64,000 nucleotides of DNA from an uncultured delta proteobacterium (GTDB lineage: Bacteria > Desulfobacterota > Desulfobacteria > Desulfobacterales > JAFDCJ01). Both the position numbers and the translations under genes were made by a program. The stretch spans positions 64,001-128,000 of the forward strand of contig CAVYNY010000030.1 in the NCBI GenBank assembly GCA_963769935.1, read 5' to 3'. Every line of letters starts with the position of its first letter. The first letter of the stretch is position 1. Positions 32,097 to 41,572 of this stretch are shown here, piece by piece. The notes under the pieces were generated by a model. The model saw only the letters and a program-made list of their open reading frames with translations, was not told where the DNA came from and ran no database searches.

Positions 32097-32735
32097 ATGA
32101 CGATCTATCGAACAATGGCCGATCTGGCAACTGAGTCGCTTCGGGAACGACTGCTGGTGGGAGGGTTCTCTCCCGGTACGAGGCTGATTCCTGCCGAACT
32201 GGAAGAGACGTTGAATCTAGGCCGCATGGCCATCCGGGAAGCGCTCAAAGAACTGATCGGTTCCGGACTGGTCATACAAAAGGCAAATAAGGGTATCTGC
32301 GTGGCCGCTCCGCCTTCGGTTGTTGAATTGGACGCCCTCTTTGACGCGCGCTGCGCCCTGGAAGGCAAAACTGCGGCCATGGCCGCTTCAAAAATCGATC
32401 AAGAGTCTCTGGCCGTTCTCGAACGCTTGTATGAAGAGATGGAAGATCCGAACAAAGCGCCGATAGAATATCATCTAATCAACCGAAAGTTTCATCTCAC
32501 CCTGTATCAAGCCTCGGGGTGGCGCCATGCCGTAGTTTGTATCACCCACATGCTGGATCAGGTCCTGTCTTATTTCGGACCGCGTGCTGCCAAAGCCGAG
32601 CTCGACTTTACTCCCTACAACCGGGAACACAAACGCATCCTTGATGCCGTTCATGCAAAAAAACTCGATGAGGTTCGCGACCTGATCGTGGCCAACATTA
32701 ACAGGGGCAGGCAATTAATGTTCTCATTGAAGTAG
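32097..32735 (+). CDS. GntR family regulator (FCD domain)
   Basis: wHTH LEETLNLGRMAIREAL; FCD NRKFH...EHKRILDA. Confidence 0.9.
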   Translation: MTIYRTMADLATESLRERLLVGGFSPGTRLIPAELEETLNLGRMAIREALKELIGSGLVIQKANKGICVAAPPSVVELDALFDARCALEGKTAAMAASKIDQESLAVLERLYEEMEDPNKAPIEYHLINRKFHLTLYQASGWRHAVVCITHMLDQVLSYFGPRAAKAELDFTPYNREHKRILDAVHAKKLDEVRDLIVANINRGRQLMFSLK

Positions 32736-32774
32736 GCATTATCCAGCCGTGCTCAAAAGCAAAGGAGGAGGAAC

Positions 32775-33845
32775 ATGAAAAAGCATCTAATTTTAACCGC
32801 AGTATTGTCGGTGTGCCTGCTTGTTTTCCTTGTCAGTCCGGCATTGTCTCAGAGTACACCGGCCCACAAACCTGAAAAAGTTATCTTCCAGACCACCCAG
32901 TTCGGCCGGGCCTTTTATGACTACGCTTTCGCTTATGAGGAGCTGGCCCGCAAATCCGGATCCTGGGTGGAGCTCAAAGCCGAGGAAACGCCGGGGGCAA
33001 TGTTCATAATCAAATACCAATACGAAAACCTCGATCAGATGCGTTCCGGCCAAAAGCCCTGGACCGTTACGTATGGCAGCTCCAACGGGATCCGGTTTAA
33101 CAGAAACGGCTGGGCACCTTTCAGCAAATATCCGCTACCCGGATTCACCGTGTTTTCATCGATTTTGTGCCGCATCAACGTACTGGGCACCTTTGACCCG
33201 AACATAAAGTCCGCCAAGGACCTGGCCGGAAAGCGGGTGGCCGTGGCCGCCAAGGCAGCCCCCTTCAATTCGACCCTCAAATATTTACCGTATTTTAAGA
33301 AAGGACTCGGCGTGGACGTCAACTGGCAGTTCATCGGCATCGATCAGGGCAAGGACGCTCTCCTGAACGGCACGGTCGATGCCACCGTCTGCACATTCAT
33401 GGGAGAATACGAACTGGCTCCCGACGGAAAGACTTTTGTCATTACCAAGGCCGCGCCGGATTCGCCCACCCTGCAGCTGCTGGCCTCGGGCCGTAAACTG
33501 CATCTCATCCCATTCGATCCGCAAATTCTGATGTCCACCTACCAGGGCGAGGAGATGGAGGTCTTTAACCCGGCCCTGCTCAAGGCAGGTGCAGCGGACG
33601 GCATTGCGGCGGATGTCACGGGATTGTGCGAATTCCTTTATATGCAGTGTGATAAGGACACACCCGACGATATCATCATCGAGCTGTTGAAGGTCCGCTA
33701 CGAACAGGCGGACAAATTCGGCGATTATCACGCCATGTTCAAAATGCAGCCCAAAAACCCGTTCCCTGCGGGCGTGCCCAAGGACTATATTCATCCGGCT
33801 GTCTACAAAGCGGCCAAGGAATTGGGTTTCAAAGTAATCGAATGA
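32775..33845 (+). CDS. TAXI-family TRAP solute-binding protein
   Basis: Signal peptide, AEETPG, IKSAKDLAGKRVAV, DALLNGTVDA, IHPAVYK; adjacent fused permease. Confidence 0.8.
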   Translation: MKKHLILTAVLSVCLLVFLVSPALSQSTPAHKPEKVIFQTTQFGRAFYDYAFAYEELARKSGSWVELKAEETPGAMFIIKYQYENLDQMRSGQKPWTVTYGSSNGIRFNRNGWAPFSKYPLPGFTVFSSILCRINVLGTFDPNIKSAKDLAGKRVAVAAKAAPFNSTLKYLPYFKKGLGVDVNWQFIGIDQGKDALLNGTVDATVCTFMGEYELAPDGKTFVITKAAPDSPTLQLLASGRKLHLIPFDPQILMSTYQGEEMEVFNPALLKAGAADGIAADVTGLCEFLYMQCDKDTPDDIIIELLKVRYEQADKFGDYHAMFKMQPKNPFPAGVPKDYIHPAVYKAAKELGFKVIE

Positions 33846-33880
33846 TTCCGTCCGGAACAGGGGGACCGGCAAATCTCCCA

Positions 33881-33917
33881 AGCCGTTGCCGATCGGTTTT
33901 TTTGATCGGCAACGGCT
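33881..33917. other. Perfect 14-bp stem-loop between TAXI binding-protein and permease genes
   Basis: AGCCGTTGCCGATC-N9-GATCGGCAACGGCT. Confidence 0.7.
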
Positions 33918-33988
33918 GACATTTACAACTGTTCGGTCATCGGTGTGATCCATTCATCCCGCACATTCTATCAATAGAGGACGCATAC

Positions 33989-35872
33989 ATGCCTGAGCCT
34001 GAAACTAAAACAGAAGACAGCTGGACCCGGACGATTGACTTACTGATAAAGGCCGTCGCCCTTATCATGATCGCCTACCATGCCTTTACAACCTGGCATC
34101 CCATTTTCAACGATTTGGTCCACCAGAACATCCACCTGGGATTCGCCCTGGCCATTCTGTTTCTTTACGGCATGAAATCACCGCACCGGCGCAGCCGGGT
34201 AATCTATTCGATCGGCATCATCATCAGCATCGGCTGCACGTTATATATGCATATCAATTTTGAACGGCTGGACATGTTTTCGGGATCTCCCGAGTTGCAG
34301 GACATCCCGGTCGGGATCATTCTGCCGGCAATCGTCCTGGCAATGTCGTGGGTCCAGTGGGGAGCCATATTTACCTGTCTGGCGCTCGTTGCGGTGGTCT
34401 ACGCCTTGTACGGCCATCTGATTCCGGGCGCATTAGGGCATTCGGAATTGGCACCGTCCTATGTATTGTCCATGATGGGCGTCGGATACCGCGGCATCTA
34501 CGGCGTGCTTCTGAACGCTTCAGCCATCCTCATCATGCCTTTCATCATTTTCGGCAGCGCTTTCGAATCCGTCGGAATCAATCGGGTATTCATCGAAATC
34601 GGCAATTGGATCGGAACCCGAATCCGTGGCGGCGCAGCCCAGATCGCCGTTATTTCAAGCACATTCATCGCCATGTGTACCGGGGCGGCCATGGCCAATG
34701 TGGCCTTGACCGGGTCCTACACCATCCCCCTAATGAAAGAAAACGGCTACAAGCCTGAACAGGCCGGGGCCATAGAAGCCGTGGCCTCCACGGGCGGGCA
34801 GATAACGCCGCCGGTAATGGGCGTTTCTATTTTTATCATGGCCAATTTCCTGGGGATCGGCTACCAGGTTTTGATGGTCAAGGCCATCCCATCGGCCGTT
34901 ATCTACCTTATTTTGACATCTTTAGGCGCCCTTCTCATCGCCCAGCGGGAACACCTGGCGAAGATAACGGTCAAGACGAATTTTTCGGTCATTGCCAAGG
35001 GTGTCTGGGTTTTCATTATCCCGATGCTTGTGTTGGTAACCCTTCTGGTCAAAAGGTTCAGCCCGGCCTATGCCGCCTACACGACCCTGGCGGTGCTGCT
35101 GGGCATCGGCTTATTGTCAAAAGAAACGCGGCCGTCCCTGGGAAAGTTAATCGACGGCCTGGCCAACGGCGTCCGCATCGTGGCTTCATTGGCCATCGTC
35201 TGCGCTGCGGTGGGCATATTTGTCAGGATGCTGATCCTCACCGGAGCGGGCATCAAACTGGCGGGGATGATCGAGGTCCTTTCCGGCGGCAACCTGTTGA
35301 TCGCCCTGTTTTTAACAATGATCTTGTCGATCGTGATGGGCTGCGCCCTGCCCACGGTTCCGGCTTATATCATTGTAGCGCTGGTCGTTGCCCCGGCCCT
35401 GGTCAACATGGGGGTGGACAGGCTGCTGGCCCATTTCTTTGTGTTCTACTACTCTGTGCTGGCGGTCATCACGCCGCCGGTTGCTCCCGGTTCCATGGTG
35501 GCCAGCAAGCTGGCTGAAGCCAAATTTATTACAACGGCCTGGGAAAGCACAAAATTGGCGGCGCCTTTTTTCCTGGTGCCGTATTTCATCATCTATAATC
35601 CGTTGTTGCTGTTGGAGCCTCAGAAAGATATTTGGGGTATTGTCCTGGCGGCCATCAGCATGATCATCGGCTGCGGCTCTTTGATGGTAGCACTTCAAAA
35701 GTGGCTTATCGTCAAGACGACTCCTGTTGAGAGGCTATCTTTGTTCGCATCGGCCATCCTGGCCACGGTATACAGCATCAACCAGAATTATGCGTTCTTA
35801 ACGATTGCCGCGGTTATTTTCGGCGGAGTTATCCTGCTTCAATGCAACAGGCTGAGATCAAGTAGAATTTAG
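33989..35872 (+). CDS. TRAP fused (4TM/12TM) permease, TAXI-type
   Basis: GSYTIPLMK, AIEAVASTGGQITPPVMG, ITPPVA. Confidence 0.92.
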   Translation: MPEPETKTEDSWTRTIDLLIKAVALIMIAYHAFTTWHPIFNDLVHQNIHLGFALAILFLYGMKSPHRRSRVIYSIGIIISIGCTLYMHINFERLDMFSGSPELQDIPVGIILPAIVLAMSWVQWGAIFTCLALVAVVYALYGHLIPGALGHSELAPSYVLSMMGVGYRGIYGVLLNASAILIMPFIIFGSAFESVGINRVFIEIGNWIGTRIRGGAAQIAVISSTFIAMCTGAAMANVALTGSYTIPLMKENGYKPEQAGAIEAVASTGGQITPPVMGVSIFIMANFLGIGYQVLMVKAIPSAVIYLILTSLGALLIAQREHLAKITVKTNFSVIAKGVWVFIIPMLVLVTLLVKRFSPAYAAYTTLAVLLGIGLLSKETRPSLGKLIDGLANGVRIVASLAIVCAAVGIFVRMLILTGAGIKLAGMIEVLSGGNLLIALFLTMILSIVMGCALPTVPAYIIVALVVAPALVNMGVDRLLAHFFVFYYSVLAVITPPVAPGSMVASKLAEAKFITTAWESTKLAAPFFLVPYFIIYNPLLLLEPQKDIWGIVLAAISMIIGCGSLMVALQKWLIVKTTPVERLSLFASAILATVYSINQNYAFLTIAAVIFGGVILLQCNRLRSSRI

Positions 35873-35886
35873 ATAAGGAGGAAAAT

Positions 35887-37092
35887 TTGGCTATTTCAAA
35901 TGTAGGACCTTTGGACGGAATTAAAGTTATTGATTGCACCCATATTCTATCCGGCGCCTTTTCAAGTACCATGATAGCGGACCTCGGCGCCGACGTCATC
36001 AAAATCGAAAAAATGGGCACCGGGGATCCTGTGCGCGCGAGTGGCCCTCCCTTTCAAAAAGGTGAGAGCGCTTATTTTTTTTCGGTGAATCACAATAAAA
36101 AAAGTATTTGCATTGATCTGAAGAAAAAAGAGGGCATCGATGTCGTCCACCGGCTGGTGGCGCAGGCCGATGTCTTTATGGAAAATTTCAGACCCGGTGT
36201 CATGGACCGGTTGGGGCTGGGCTACGAGGCCCTGAAAAAAATAAATCCGGAATTGATATACGCTTCTCTGACAGCCTTCGGCAGCAAGGGGCCTTATAAG
36301 GACAAACCGGGTTTCGAGCTGATCATTCAGTCTCTCACGGGACTTGTAGACGTTACGACGCCTCCAGGGGGGCAGCCCGCCAAGATACAGGTCCAGATGG
36401 TCGATCTCACAGCCGGTATTATTCTGGCATACGCCACCCTTGCAGCACTCTATCACCGGCTGGTCACCGGAAAAGGCCAACGGGTGGAAACCTCATTGCT
36501 GGAATCGACCATCACCATGCTGGCCAACCTGGCCAACATTTTCCTGATGTCGGGCAAAGTTCCGACCGGATTGGGATCCAGAAATCCCCAATCCATGCCC
36601 TCCCAGGCATTTAAGACCAAAGATGCCTATGTGTCCGTTGTATTGTCTTCCGACCATTGGGGGCGATTCTGCAATGCTTTGGGGCACCCGGATTGGACTG
36701 AGCACCCGGATTTCAAAAAGCCCACCTATCGCGTCCGGCATTATGCCGAAATGGAAGCCATGATCCAATCGGTAACCACTACCAAAAACACGGCGGAATG
36801 GCTTGAAATTTTCGAAACACATCAGGTTGCGGCGGCCCCCATCAATACCGTTGAGCAGGCTTTTGAGGATCCCGGCGTGATAGCAACCGGCATGGTCAAA
36901 ACCATGGAGCATCCGATTGCCGGGAAAATAAGGCTTCTCGACAAGCCCTGGCACATGTCGGAAACGCCGGGCGGACTGAGACTGCCGCCTCCGCCTCTGG
37001 GATGGCATACTTCAGAGGTTCTGACCGCAGCGGGATTTGAGGCGGACGAAATTGACGATCTGAAAAAAGCGGGAGTCATTGGCGGGAAATAA
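35887..37092 (+). CDS. CaiB/BaiF family III CoA-transferase
   Basis: PLDGIKVID, LGADVIKIE, NHNKKSI, ENFRPG, catalytic Asp in MVDLTAG; TTG start after AGGAGG. Confidence 0.92.
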   Translation: MAISNVGPLDGIKVIDCTHILSGAFSSTMIADLGADVIKIEKMGTGDPVRASGPPFQKGESAYFFSVNHNKKSICIDLKKKEGIDVVHRLVAQADVFMENFRPGVMDRLGLGYEALKKINPELIYASLTAFGSKGPYKDKPGFELIIQSLTGLVDVTTPPGGQPAKIQVQMVDLTAGIILAYATLAALYHRLVTGKGQRVETSLLESTITMLANLANIFLMSGKVPTGLGSRNPQSMPSQAFKTKDAYVSVVLSSDHWGRFCNALGHPDWTEHPDFKKPTYRVRHYAEMEAMIQSVTTTKNTAEWLEIFETHQVAAAPINTVEQAFEDPGVIATGMVKTMEHPIAGKIRLLDKPWHMSETPGGLRLPPPPLGWHTSEVLTAAGFEADEIDDLKKAGVIGGK

Positions 37093-37100
37093 CCCCCAAC

Positions 37101-37445
37101 GTTGCATAAGTATTTTTAACTCTTCGTGTCTCGTATTAGATAGGCCGTTGTTTTTACCGCGACGATGCTGGATGCTGGATACTTGTTGCAGCGCAGCGGA
37201 GATCCAGCTTTAGGGGGAATGCTGGATTTACTATCACGCCCACTTTCAGACTTCGCTCTTCGAGCTACGACCCGACAAGCAGTTCGAGTTCACAGAGACC
37301 GCGGAGAATATTATTCTTTCGCCGCAGGCGGCTGCCAACTTTTACCTCTGCGACCTCTGCGCGCTCTGTGTGAGATATATAGTTTCATATATAGATCCAG
37401 TATCCAGGATCACGTATTATTACCAATGCCTTGCATTACAACGTC
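37101..37445. repeat. MITE/REP-like element, copy 1, with other short repeats nested in its loop
   Basis: GTTGCATAA...GTTTTTAcCGcGACGATgctGGATGCTGGATAC...ATCCAGTATCCAGGATCAC...CATTA; collinear with 38665-38867. Confidence 0.65.
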
Positions 37446-37598
37446 TCGTTTCAGGAAAATAAAGGATAAAGTGTCCCGGCGCGGAGGATCAGGCTTTGAC
37501 TTCATGCCGGAAGGGGTAGCCCTGGCTGTCCAAAAACCCGTGAAGCGATGGAGTAATTGAGTAATGGAGTAGTGAAAATTTAAAAAGGAGGAACGGAA

Positions 37599-38648
37599 AT
37601 GAAAGCCAGATTCGCAATCGCAGCAATCGTTTTTTTGACCTTGGTCATCTGCTCCCTGCCGGAAAGTGTTTTGGCGGCGGACCAGAAGAAATTGCCTGAA
37701 ATCGAAATTAAAGTTCCAGTGCCGGCTGCTCAAAATTCGGATTTCGGAATTTTGGGGGATTGGATCGCTAAAAGCTTCGGGGAAATCACGGGCGGCAGAA
37801 CCAAAGTAAAATTATTCTGGAGCAATTCCCTGGTTCCGCTTAAGGACCACTACAGGTCCCTTCAGGCGGGGATCATTGACTTTGCTTTCGTAAATACTGG
37901 GGTCAATCCGGGCGTATTCCCGCTTTCGGAACTGTTTCAGCTTCCGGGCATTGCATCGACCATCGCATCGAGCAACCTGACTTTTATTGATCTTTTCGAT
38001 AAGTACCCCGAATTCGAACAACAGTTCAGCCCCAAGGTAAAATACATCGCCACCTGCCAGTTCCTGCTGTCCGATCTGCATTCAATCAAGCCGGTCCGCA
38101 CCCTGAAAGATCTTCAAGGCATGAAGATCGGCTGCCAGACCCCTGAAAGTGCCAAGGCCATGGAATTATTGGGCGCATCCGCTTCGACCGTCGCATGGCC
38201 GGATATGTATGTCCAGCTGGAAAGAGGTGTTGTGGACGGCGTTATTGCGGCCTGGGCCATCGTGAATATTACGCATTTGCATGAAATCGCCAAGTATCAC
38301 ACCATGCTGCGGCTTTGCCCCGGAATTGCGCATTGGATGTTCAGCCGCAATACATGGAATAAATTTACGCCGGATGAACAGCAAAAATTCAAGTTGCTTG
38401 GGGCGTCTTTGAGCAACAAAACCGCCTGGAGTGTGGTTTCGACAAGTCATGATATGCGCTTCAAGGAAATTACACCGGAAAAGGGGCACACCACGATAGA
38501 ACTATCCCAGCAGGACAGGGAACAAATCAGAAAACTTTTCAGGCCCTTGTGGGATGAATGGGCTGAGAGGATGAAAAGCCAGGGTTATCCGGGTGATGCC
38601 ATCCTGCAGGATACGCTGAATTGGACTGAAATGTATAGCTACGAATAG
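37599..38648 (+). CDS. dctP: TRAP solute-binding protein DctP
   Basis: ITGGRTKVKLF, LQAGIIDF, PVRTLKDLQGMKI, LERGVVDG. Confidence 0.88.
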   Translation: MKARFAIAAIVFLTLVICSLPESVLAADQKKLPEIEIKVPVPAAQNSDFGILGDWIAKSFGEITGGRTKVKLFWSNSLVPLKDHYRSLQAGIIDFAFVNTGVNPGVFPLSELFQLPGIASTIASSNLTFIDLFDKYPEFEQQFSPKVKYIATCQFLLSDLHSIKPVRTLKDLQGMKIGCQTPESAKAMELLGASASTVAWPDMYVQLERGVVDGVIAAWAIVNITHLHEIAKYHTMLRLCPGIAHWMFSRNTWNKFTPDEQQKFKLLGASLSNKTAWSVVSTSHDMRFKEITPEKGHTTIELSQQDREQIRKLFRPLWDEWAERMKSQGYPGDAILQDTLNWTEMYSYE

Positions 38649-38664
38649 GAGTGAATATACCCTG

Positions 38665-38867
38665 ACATAAATCTTTTTGACGCTTCATGTTTGAAATTAG
38701 CAACACAGTCGTTTTTAGCGAGACGATCCCGGATGCTGGATACTCGATGCTGGATATACTGGAATTCGCCGGGAGTCAGACATGGATCCATCCAGTATCC
38801 AGGATCACTTACTTGTACCCATGACTTTCATTAGTAGCGCTGAATTGAAGCTGATATTTTATGCAAC
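38665..38867. repeat. MITE/REP-like element, copy 2
   Basis: CATAA...GTTTTTAgCGaGACGATcccGGATGCTGGATAC...ATCCAGTATCCAGGATCAC...CATTA...TTATGCAAC. Confidence 0.65.
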
Positions 38868-38904
38868 TTTAGAGTAACATTGCACAACAAGGAAAGTCGA
38901 TGTC

Positions 38905-40803
38905 ATGCGGTTAGTCGTTTTCGCCAGACTATTAAAGAAGGTCCTGTATCCGCTAAGCTTTGGGAGCATCCTTGCCTCCGGCGCAGCAGTACTATTGATG
39001 ATGATCGTTATCGTTGCAGATGTTATATCACGCAACGTTTTCAACGTATCCCTGCAAGGCGCCATCGAGGTGGTGCGCGTGCTGATGATTATTGCGGTAT
39101 TCGGAGGCATGTCTTATACGGCATTAGAGGACGCCCATGTTAGAGTCGACATTCTTGTTAAAAAGGTTTCTAAACCGCTTAGACTAAGCTTAATTGCAGC
39201 CGCCGACTTGCTGGCATTTGGAGTGATCGTCATCATCGCTTTTGAGACGTTTATCGAGGCCCAAACGCTCTTGAACGAGCACGCCAACACCGGCCTGCTC
39301 CGCATCCCGCTTTCGCCATTTGCATATGCAACAGGTGTTTTCCTGTTTTTTTTTGCATTCGCACTTTTAACTGATTTCCTGGAATCCATCGGTGAAATTA
39401 TTGCAAGCGGCAGCGGAATTTTTAAATTTTTAACTCCCATGGTAGTCATAATTGCAGGGTTATTTTTTCTGTCACTTGATCCAAGCGTCATACCCATAAG
39501 ATTGTCTTCAGGCATAACGGGTTTATTCTGTTTAGTATTCATGTTTGTACTTATTTTCCTGGGAGTTCACATTGGGGCTGCCATGGCATTTATCACGCTG
39601 TTCGGTTTAAGCTACCTCATCAGTCCCGAAGCCGGTACAACCCTTTTAAGCATGACGTCTCAGAGTATTGCCTCAGACTATATATGGAGCGTCTTCCCGC
39701 TTTTTACGTTTCTCGGAATCGTTGCTTCAAGTGTAGGATTCGGTAAAGACGTCTACGAAACAGCTTACAAATGGCTGGGCCACCTACCGGGTGGTCTCGC
39801 TGCGGCCACAGTCGCCGGTTGTGGTGCTTTTGCTGCTATCGTAGGAGACAGCACAACCGGCGTCGTTACCATGAGTACAATTTCCTATCCGGAGATGAAA
39901 GCGCGCAATTACAATGTACGGCTCATGACCGGCTGCATTTGCGCGGGAGGCGCCCTGGGTATTTTAATTCCCCCGAGTTTGGGACTGCTGGTCTACGGCA
40001 TCCTCACCGAGCAATCGATCGGAAAGCTTTTTCTTGCCGCTCTTCTGCCCGGCCTGTTGGAAACAGGGGCCATAATCCTGTATATATATGTGATCTGTAA
40101 AAGAAATCCCCAACTCGGACCGCCCGGAAATTACTCACCATTTTCGGAAAAATTGCTTAGTTTGAAAAAAGCCTGGCACGTCGTCGTATTATTTGTTTTA
40201 GTGCTGGGCGGCATTTACACCGGCATTTTCACAGCCTACGAGGCTGCCGCCATCGGTTCGTTTGCGGTCGTGGCAATGGGTATTATAACCCGAAGGCTAA
40301 GCTTCAAAAATTTTTTTGACGGTGTTATCGGCGCTTCAAAGGTAACGGCTCTAATACTGTTTATCTTTGTTTATGCCAATGCCCTGGGGCAGCTTCTTGC
40401 GATCAGCCAGATCCCAACGACGCTGGCAAATTTCATTACCGGCCTGGAAATAAGCAAGTATGGGACACTGTTGGCGATTTACGTTTTGTACCTGCTGCTT
40501 GGCTGTGTGATGAATGTAATTCCTGCGATGATCCTGACGTTGCCTATTTTGTTTCCAACGATTATCAATCTCGGATTTGATCCCATATGGTTTGGCATCA
40601 TCGTAACCATTTTATTGGAGGTAGGCGTCCTTACCCCGCCCATCGGAATGAACGTATTTGCCATGTCCGGAATTATAAAAGAGGTGCCCATTTACACCAT
40701 ATTCAGAGGCGTCTTTCCATTTTGGCTGGTGATGATTTTCGTCTTATTGATTCTCACACTGGTTCCGCAAATAAGCCTGGTTCTGGTTAATGTATTACAT
40801 TAA
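38905..40803 (+). CDS. Fused TRAP DctQ-DctM permease
   Basis: N-terminal DctQ (DVISRNVFN, HVRVDIL) plus DctM (GALGILIPPS, SIGKLF, GFDPIWFG, LTPPIGMN). Confidence 0.9.
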   Translation: MRLVVFARLLKKVLYPLSFGSILASGAAVLLMMIVIVADVISRNVFNVSLQGAIEVVRVLMIIAVFGGMSYTALEDAHVRVDILVKKVSKPLRLSLIAAADLLAFGVIVIIAFETFIEAQTLLNEHANTGLLRIPLSPFAYATGVFLFFFAFALLTDFLESIGEIIASGSGIFKFLTPMVVIIAGLFFLSLDPSVIPIRLSSGITGLFCLVFMFVLIFLGVHIGAAMAFITLFGLSYLISPEAGTTLLSMTSQSIASDYIWSVFPLFTFLGIVASSVGFGKDVYETAYKWLGHLPGGLAAATVAGCGAFAAIVGDSTTGVVTMSTISYPEMKARNYNVRLMTGCICAGGALGILIPPSLGLLVYGILTEQSIGKLFLAALLPGLLETGAIILYIYVICKRNPQLGPPGNYSPFSEKLLSLKKAWHVVVLFVLVLGGIYTGIFTAYEAAAIGSFAVVAMGIITRRLSFKNFFDGVIGASKVTALILFIFVYANALGQLLAISQIPTTLANFITGLEISKYGTLLAIYVLYLLLGCVMNVIPAMILTLPILFPTIINLGFDPIWFGIIVTILLEVGVLTPPIGMNVFAMSGIIKEVPIYTIFRGVFPFWLVMIFVLLILTLVPQISLVLVNVLH

Positions 40804-40829
40804 AATTGGAAAAGGGGTAAAGAGAAAAT

Positions 40830-41567
40830 ATGGAGCTCAGAATTAAGCCGGTGCGCGTGGGCACGAGTCAAGTTGACAAATCGATTCTTACCTATCTTCG
40901 CGGCCAGGGGACAAAGCTGACCGTTCCCCATATTATCTGGGTCATAGAAGGCGGGCAAAAATTAGTTGTTGTGGATTCGGGACCCGCAGCTCCTGAAATA
41001 GTATCCAAGGAGCTTGGCCGCAACCTCACCCGGGAAGTCAATGAGGAACCGGCACAGGCATTGAAAAATGCCGGCGTAGATCCATCTGAGGTGGAGATCG
41101 TTATCGCAACGCATCTTCATTGGGACCATTGCGGCAACTTTTCGTTGTTTCCGAACGCCGATATTTATGTACAACGCAGAGAACTGGCATTCGCCGTTGC
41201 GCCCTTGGATATATATCTGGGCGTTTATGACGCTGCGATCTTTAACATGAACCCGAAATGGTCGGGCAGTGTCTCCCGATTTCGGATTGTAGACGGCGAT
41301 TTCGACCTTGTTTCCGGTGTGCGGTTGTTGTCTCTCCCCGGACATACGCCCGGTTTGCAGGGCGTATTGATTTCCACTGGAAAGGGAAATTATTGCATTG
41401 CGTCGGACACCGTAAACATAACGGAAAATTGGGCAGACAAAATCCCCTCCGGAATCCATGTGAACCTTGAGGATTGGTACCGGTCATTCCGCAAAATCGA
41501 AAAAATGTCGGATCATGTACTGCCCTGCCATGATATGGTGGTTTTAGAAAAGCCTGAATATCCCTGA
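40830..41567 (+). CDS. Metallo-beta-lactamase-fold hydrolase, N-acyl-homoserine-lactonase family
   Basis: THLHWDHCG (HxHxDH), QRREL, PGHTPG, ASD, PCHD. Confidence 0.88.
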   Translation: MELRIKPVRVGTSQVDKSILTYLRGQGTKLTVPHIIWVIEGGQKLVVVDSGPAAPEIVSKELGRNLTREVNEEPAQALKNAGVDPSEVEIVIATHLHWDHCGNFSLFPNADIYVQRRELAFAVAPLDIYLGVYDAAIFNMNPKWSGSVSRFRIVDGDFDLVSGVRLLSLPGHTPGLQGVLISTGKGNYCIASDTVNITENWADKIPSGIHVNLEDWYRSFRKIEKMSDHVLPCHDMVVLEKPEYP

Positions 41568-41572
41568 ATTAA

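Noticed and set aside
37165..37733. ORFs 37165..37560 and 37410..37733
   Set aside because: They lie across repeat elements or antisense to dctP and have no protein-like features.
37101..38867. CRISPR array or integron attC sites
   Set aside because: Only two long degenerate copies, no regular spacers, no cas or intI gene, and no clear RYYYAAC/GTTRRRY attC structure.
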